A DNA stretch of 63,793 nucleotides, filler included, from Licmophora abbreviata (Eukaryota), in the NCBI GenBank assembly GCA_900291995.1. It is 9 parts of 9 records of this genome, joined end to end, with 100 filler letters (N's around TTAATTAATTAA, not from the genome) between each part and the next. Parts side by side here need not be neighbours in the genome. Positions count along the whole stretch, not along the records: positions 53,013 to 59,982 come from OLMU01000508.1; positions 60,083 to 62,110 come from OLMU01000509.1; positions 62,211 to 63,793 come from OLMU01000524.1; 6 more parts are not named here. The stretch is one strand, 5' to 3'. Positions 58,481 through 63,793 of the stretch are shown in pieces. The notes under the pieces are model-generated. The model saw only the letters and a list, made by a program, of their open reading frames with translations. It did not search any database and was not told where the DNA came from. How positions within the stretch are numbered: the first letter of the stretch is position 1; every line of letters begins with the position of its first letter. A program made the position numbers and the translations under genes.

Positions 58481-61400
58481 CTAGCGAGCGAATCTGCTTG
58501 TGGTCCGCGAGCTAGGTCCAAGGCCTCCGCCGAGAGACGCGGGGTCCGGGTCTCCGCCGGGCGGACCGCCAATGCCCATGAGACTAATGGCTTCAATGTC
58601 GACATCTTGAGAAGGATTGTTTTGAAAGAGATTGAGATTGTTGAGCATGCCGGAGACGACGTCCATGTCAGCGACGCCGGTGTTGTCTTCATCTCCATCG
58701 TCAACGAGCGCAAACAAACGACCACGACGACTACTCTTCCGAGACTCGCCGGGAAAGGACGCACCCAGAGTAGAGCCGCCAATCGCGCTAAACTCTGACG
58801 GACCTGTTTCCTGTCGTTGGGGGCGAGGGGATAGACCTTCGATCGGGGCGGTGTATCCACTGGGAGATATCACAGGAGGGTTCGTCGTGCCGTTCCTATC
58901 CGAGGGGTAGCCGCCCGGCGGGACGGCGGGTATAACCGATGGAGTCGGCGACATCACAGCAACGCCCATTCCCTGGATCATGCTGATAACTGATCTTTCG
59001 TTGAGAGTAAATCGTGAGTGGCCTGCATCGTTCTGCATGACGACGAAAAGGCTCGCCGTGGGGCACAACACCGAGGTCCCGGGGCTCCGGCGAGACGCAA
59101 ACGAATGCTGCCTACCAGGAAGCACCTCGGCAAATCTGACATACGCACCATGTCGACTATTCAGGCGAGGGTCGAGCATGGTAAGATCGTTGATGGTTGG
59201 AGGACGATTCAACTCGCGGAAGCAATCGCTATGAAGAACCAAAACGCATGACACTGGAAGGCGTTTCGCGTCCGCTGCCTCCAACAAGTCGATCAGCTTG
59301 CGGACGTAGAGAGAAGACATCATGTAATCAACCGGCGGGAACACCGACAGAGATGTCCCACGAGCTAGAAAAGCAGTCTCACCGCCTCCGTTTTCCTTGC
59401 CAAACGGCGGCAGGCCACCAAAGACCGAGTCGGTGTCAGGGAAACGCCCGCAGAACACATTGCTACCAAAGGTAGAAAAAGGATCTGACCAGAGCTCGGC
59501 GGACACGTTTGCCTCCCTTGCGAAAGATCCCTGAGCGGTGGACAAGAGACCATAGTCCATCGTTGTCCCTGCTGCAAGCGCTCCCATAATGTCATGACGC
59601 ATTTTGGCACTGAAGATCGATGTGAGGATCTTCCCGGGTGTACCTGTGTAGCGTTCTCTCAGTCTGGCGAAGGTCGATGGAGGCATATTGACCTGAGCAC
59701 GATTGGCCCAGTTGACAACGACAACCTGTCCAAGCCCATTCCCCGCCATTTCAGATACCGTCAATCCAAGCATAGAGTCTGTCCATTCAGGAGGAAGCTG
59801 TGCGTTCAATCTTCCGACGATTTCGATCAGAGACTTCGACTGACTGAGGCACAAGCGAGCGAGAGCCGCTCCAGCTTCTTTCAGTGCCTCCATGCTCACC
59901 ATGCTTGCGTTGTTTGCATGTCCCGCCCCCTTCCGACTCTCGGCAATGAGCTGCCGCTGAAAGAAAGAAGTGAGGAGATCGGNNNNNNNNNNNNNNNNNN
60001 NNNNNNNNNNNNNNNNNNNNNNNNNNTTAATTAATTAANNNNNNNNNNNNNNNNNNNNNNNNNNNNNNNNNNNNNNNNNNNNCAACGAACGGAGAACTAT
60101 CGTGTGCCGCACGAACGACCCATCGACACAAAACAGCCTTTAGCCACGTGTCCGCGACGACTCGAAGAGGGTCAGAGGAGTCCGGTTGGCTACGGGCTTG
60201 AGCACATCGTTGTATAATCTCGGAAAGTTTCTCCTGTCTGTACAGCGACACGGCGGGAACCTCGACAGGCAAGGAGATGGGTAGCATGCCACCATTCACT
60301 ACGCGACCGATATCAGCCGGCACAGAATAGAGGAGACGATCCTGTGGAAGACTCTCCAGGGAGGAAACAGAGCTTCTTTCATCGGAGTGGCCAACACGCG
60401 CTATTCTCGTTGATGAGCCGGATCCACTAGGTGTCATCGCCAATCCTCGCTCCTCTTCGGATGTAGCCCTGGAAGGCGACTGAGCCACCGAGCTGTGAGA
60501 AGAATTCGGGGCGAGAGACGGCGCACTACGTGCCGATGGAGTTGTGCTCTTCGCTTCCCAGCCTCTTGTCTTCGTGAAAGATCCGCCACGGCTGGAACCT
60601 GGAGTGCCGGGACTGCGGGCCGACTTCAGCGCTGGACTCTCAATCGGAGGAGATCCGTCACGTGCTAGCTGAGCAGATTTCTTCGTAGGTTTGCTCCTTG
60701 ATCGCCTGGAGTTCCCCAAAGGTGAGGACACCTGTTTCTCAGCTGCTTCAAGCTTATCCAACTGCAGGCGTTCCGCCTCCCGCTTCTGTCGTTCCTTCTC
60801 GTCTTTCTCCTTCCGTTTCTTGAACACTTGCTCTCGCTCCGCCGCTTCACGATGCCGCTGCTCCCTTGCTCGCTCCTCGCGTTCTTTTCGCTCATTTTCT
60901 TCCTGGAGTTTTCGCTTACGCTCCCGTTCATTGTCTTCCTGTTGCACTTTTTCTCGTTTCTCTTGCTCTTCTTTCAATCGCAGCTGGCGCTCGCGTTCTT
61001 TCTTCTTCTTTTTCTTCGCTCGTTTGGAGCTAGCAACGGCCTCGTCTTTCTGCGCTTTCGTTTCTTCTTGTTCGAGCTCCTTTAGAAGCGCTTCCTCGGC
61101 AGCGCGTGCTTGTGCCTCTGCGGACTCTTTGCTGGCTTTCGGTTTCTTCTTTTTCTTCCCCGAAGGCGACGGTTTTGTGTTTCCGTTTTCGTCGTGCAGA
61201 GCAGAGTTTGATTTGTCACTATCGCTCTCGTCGGTCTCGTCGTCAGTACTCAAGCTCATCAAACCATCCCGTTGCATTTGTTTAATGCGAAGACTGATCA
61301 ACAAACGGGCGCGTTGGACTTTCTTTCTATCTCGAGAGCAGCGCGGGATGCTAGCTTTATACTCCGTCACCATCTCCACAGCTGTGTCGATCATATCTTG

Positions 61401-62110
61401 TTCGACAAGAATAGACAGCGCAGTGTCACCCTTCTTTGTCGTGACAGTATGGTCCGCTCCGTGTCGAAGGAGCAACTCGACCGTTTCAGGGAGTCCCTTT
61501 GTCGCGGCCTGCAGCAGAGCACTTAGCGTCGGATCATCTTCTTCCGTCGGCGCGCCTGCCTCGAGCAAAAGTCGGACCGCGTCATCGTGACCCTTGTACG
61601 CGGCAATGCTAAGTGGGGACCATCCCGTATCCGTACACTTGCAAGGATCGGCACCCGCATCCAACAGTGCCTCAACAGCTTTCGCCTGTCCGTGATTCGC
61701 TGCAGTCAACAATGGTGTCTCTCGCCACTTGTTCAATGCATGCACATCCGCGCCAGCACTTAGCAACTGCTTCGCCGCTGAAAGATGACCCGACTTTGAT
61801 CCAGCGCACGCCTTGTGTAGCGGCGTGCTACTATCCTCCGTAACGCAAACGTTCACGGGAGCACTTTCTTTCAGAAGCAAAGCAACAATATCCTCATACC
61901 CCTGAAGAAAAGGGTAAACAACTCAACATTGTGAGCTGCACTTCGTTATATGCACGGCGCCTATTGCATCTGCATCTGCATATCGCGACATACCTTATGA
62001 GCCGCAAAAGTCAGCGCACTCCATCCAGCTTCGCTGCACAGACTTGGATCAGCTCCATGTCTCAGTAGCGCTTCGACAGCCGTCGTGTGACCATTGTTTG
62101 CTGCAATAAG
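58481..62110 (-). CDS. Ankyrin-repeat / coiled-coil / PCIF1(CAPAM)-like methyltransferase-domain protein, spans spacer 7, 5' end in spacer 8
   Basis: Ankyrin repeats (TPLHKAC, TPLLTAANHG, SPLSIAAYKGH), E/K/R coiled coil, then RWVVR..; ELWSDPF..FCGRFPDTDSVFGG..PF..SLSVFPPV..PVSCVLVL..LFVVMQNDAG in PCIF1 order. Frame is open on both sides of the gap. Intron ~61902-61993. Confidence 0.72.
59983..60082. other. Assembly spacer 7
   Basis: N44-TTAATTAATTAA-N44. Confidence 0.99.
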
Positions 62111-62210
62111 NNNNNNNNNNNNNNNNNNNNNNNNNNNNNNNNNNNNNNNNNNNNTTAATTAATTAANNNNNNNNNNNNNNNNNNNNNNNNNNNNNNNNNN
62201 NNNNNNNNNN
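62111..62210. other. Assembly spacer 8
   Basis: N44-TTAATTAATTAA-N44. Confidence 0.99.
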
Positions 62211-62243
62211 ATCTCAGTCGTTGTCGCTTCATTGTCAACCACG

Positions 62244-63539
62244 ATGATGGTGTCGAAGATCTCGGGCAAGGCGTTCCTGCGCTTGGTCGCCTCCTTGTTG
62301 ACTCTACCATTGTGTGCTACCCTTGCACCCCAATGTGTTCTTTCAAAGAATCCAGCAAGCCTTGCGACCTCTTTTCCGCTGTTGCCACGACATCATCACA
62401 GTCATCATCCATGTCGTCGTTCATTTTCATTTCGCAAATGTACTGAGCTTCGTCTTGCGGACTTGGTCAGAAGGAACGAAGATTCTCACGACTCTGCTTT
62501 CAAGAAGTATGCGCTGCAGCAGCGTTACAACCGCAGCGCTGTCATCTTTGGATTCGTCTCGCTGCTCCTGTTCGGCATACAGGACAAGACCAACGCTGCC
62601 AAACTAGCCAGCAAAGTTGGAGGCGCCGCGGGATATGGGTTGGCTGCGGTGGTATCCTTCATTTTGGGGGGTGCGACGGAAGATGAGCGTTTGAGAAGTG
62701 ACACGTACAAGCGACTCAATGTCGGCTTGTTGCTCTTTTCAGGGATTGGATTCGTGGCGCTTCCCGCGGAAGCGGCCTTTCATCCCAAGTTTTCCGGATG
62801 CCTTGCGACGATGGCAGTCATGACTGCCTCGAAGTGGTTTAGTTTTCAAACAGCGTTGTTTGGATGGAGACGAGGTGTAATGTCAGAAGTATCGCCCGAG
62901 CTGATGGCGCCAGCATCTCTCTTGTGGAGGGAGTTTGTGGAAGGTACCAAGACAACAATCTGCGGCCTCTTCGAAACGAGCAAGAAGGCTCGTGCCTATC
63001 GAAACTATGTCCTACTGGTAGTCCTGGGTGCATTTTCTGCCATGATACAAGGGTTTTTCAACATGGAGGTGAGTGCAAATGAAGGACGCGGGGCCTGTGC
63101 GCTGGCTGACTGTGAGCTTTCCACTCATCGACCCTCGATGCGAATAGTACAACGCTCCACTCTTCCATGTGACGCTCCAGTGGTCCGCAGTGTCTCGTTT
63201 GTGCCTCTTGTCGACCATGATTTACTCGCTCAAAGATGCGGCAGAACGCGAGAGACTGACAGGGACCACGTTCATCAAGATGAACTTTTCGGTCGGACTT
63301 TGGGCAATGTTTGGTGAGGGTAGAGCATGTCCGTGTCGACCGACCTCAATGATGTGGTTGGAATGCTAATGTCGTGTGTTGCCGTTCTATACAATATAGT
63401 TGGTATAGGACAGGGAACATCAGTTGCCGGCTTCTCCATATCACGTACTCCAATGTTGCTTTTCTCGATTCCGTTTCTGCTAGAAGCGGGAAAGTACCAA
63501 AGAAAAAAGATGGAAGTGTACAAGAAGAAGGTGGAGTGA
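62244..63539 (+). CDS. Probable plastid-targeted multi-TM hypothetical protein; 3 exons
   Basis: Signal + transit-like N-terminus, several TM helices, motifs RLRSDTYKRLN and LKDAAERERLTGTTFIKMN; introns ~63069-63147 and ~63314-63398. Confidence 0.7.
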
Positions 63540-63793
63540 CCAGACTACGGACACTCGTGTTTTTCACTGCGTCGGTGCGACAGCCTCCCAATACCATGAG
63601 AATTGCCCGATTCGAATGAAAATGCCCTCGTGATTGCCTACTGCGATAACCATGCATGTCCCACCACACGGCCGACATTGCAGACAGTTTCCACTCCGAA
63701 TGTTCACTTAAGACACAGTCCGCCCTACTGATGAGTGAGACAGCTCGTCGTACCGGTGCCATTTTTCGACAATCAGTTAACGATTCCAGCGTC

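Noticed and set aside
60691..61590. 299-aa plus-strand ORF (likewise 42620-43546 and 33841-34602 on the minus strand)
   Set aside because: Antisense shadows of well-supported genes, with low-complexity composition and no motifs.
12885..62210. Eight identical TTAATTAATTAA elements as a CRISPR-like or repeat family
   Set aside because: Each is embedded in exactly 44+44 N; this is an artificial six-frame-stop linker.

Overview
Gene-dense eukaryotic nuclear DNA, very probably from a diatom. Support: ~50% GC, short (70-110 nt) GT-AG introns, bipartite plastid-targeting presequences (e.g. AWG|FAP, AFA|F) and an aureochrome-like N-terminus. It is a draft scaffold with eight artificial 100-nt spacers (N44-TTAATTAATTAA-N44), and at least three genes read straight across a spacer, so local order looks real. 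About 30 protein-coding loci are present. Housekeeping genes: mitochondrial EF-G2, NOG1, MED6, GPN1, CIA2/MIP18, a double-RRM protein and an LZTR1-like Kelch-BTB protein. Enzymes: GT10 and GT23-like fucosyltransferases, glutaminyl cyclase, an SCCPDH-like oxidoreductase, a CRTISO-like protein and a metzincin. One decayed FAD-monooxygenase pseudogene sits at the left end. The most unusual loci are (1) a CDK-like kinase fused to a C-terminal cyclin-box-like domain, (2) an intronless gene resembling bacterial PTS-EIIC-like membrane proteins, (3) an ankyrin/coiled-coil protein ending in a PCIF1/CAPAM-like cap methyltransferase domain with the NPPF motif changed to FPPV, (4) a GbpA/PdeD-type metallo-beta-lactamase + cNMP-binding phosphodiesterase, (5) two divergent CDIN1/TPD nuclease-like genes 3 kb apart and (6) a hidden three-exon aureochrome-2-like N-terminus absent from the ORF track. 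I saw no rRNA, tRNA, CRISPR array or recognisable transposon. All family calls come from motif recognition by eye, not database searches.
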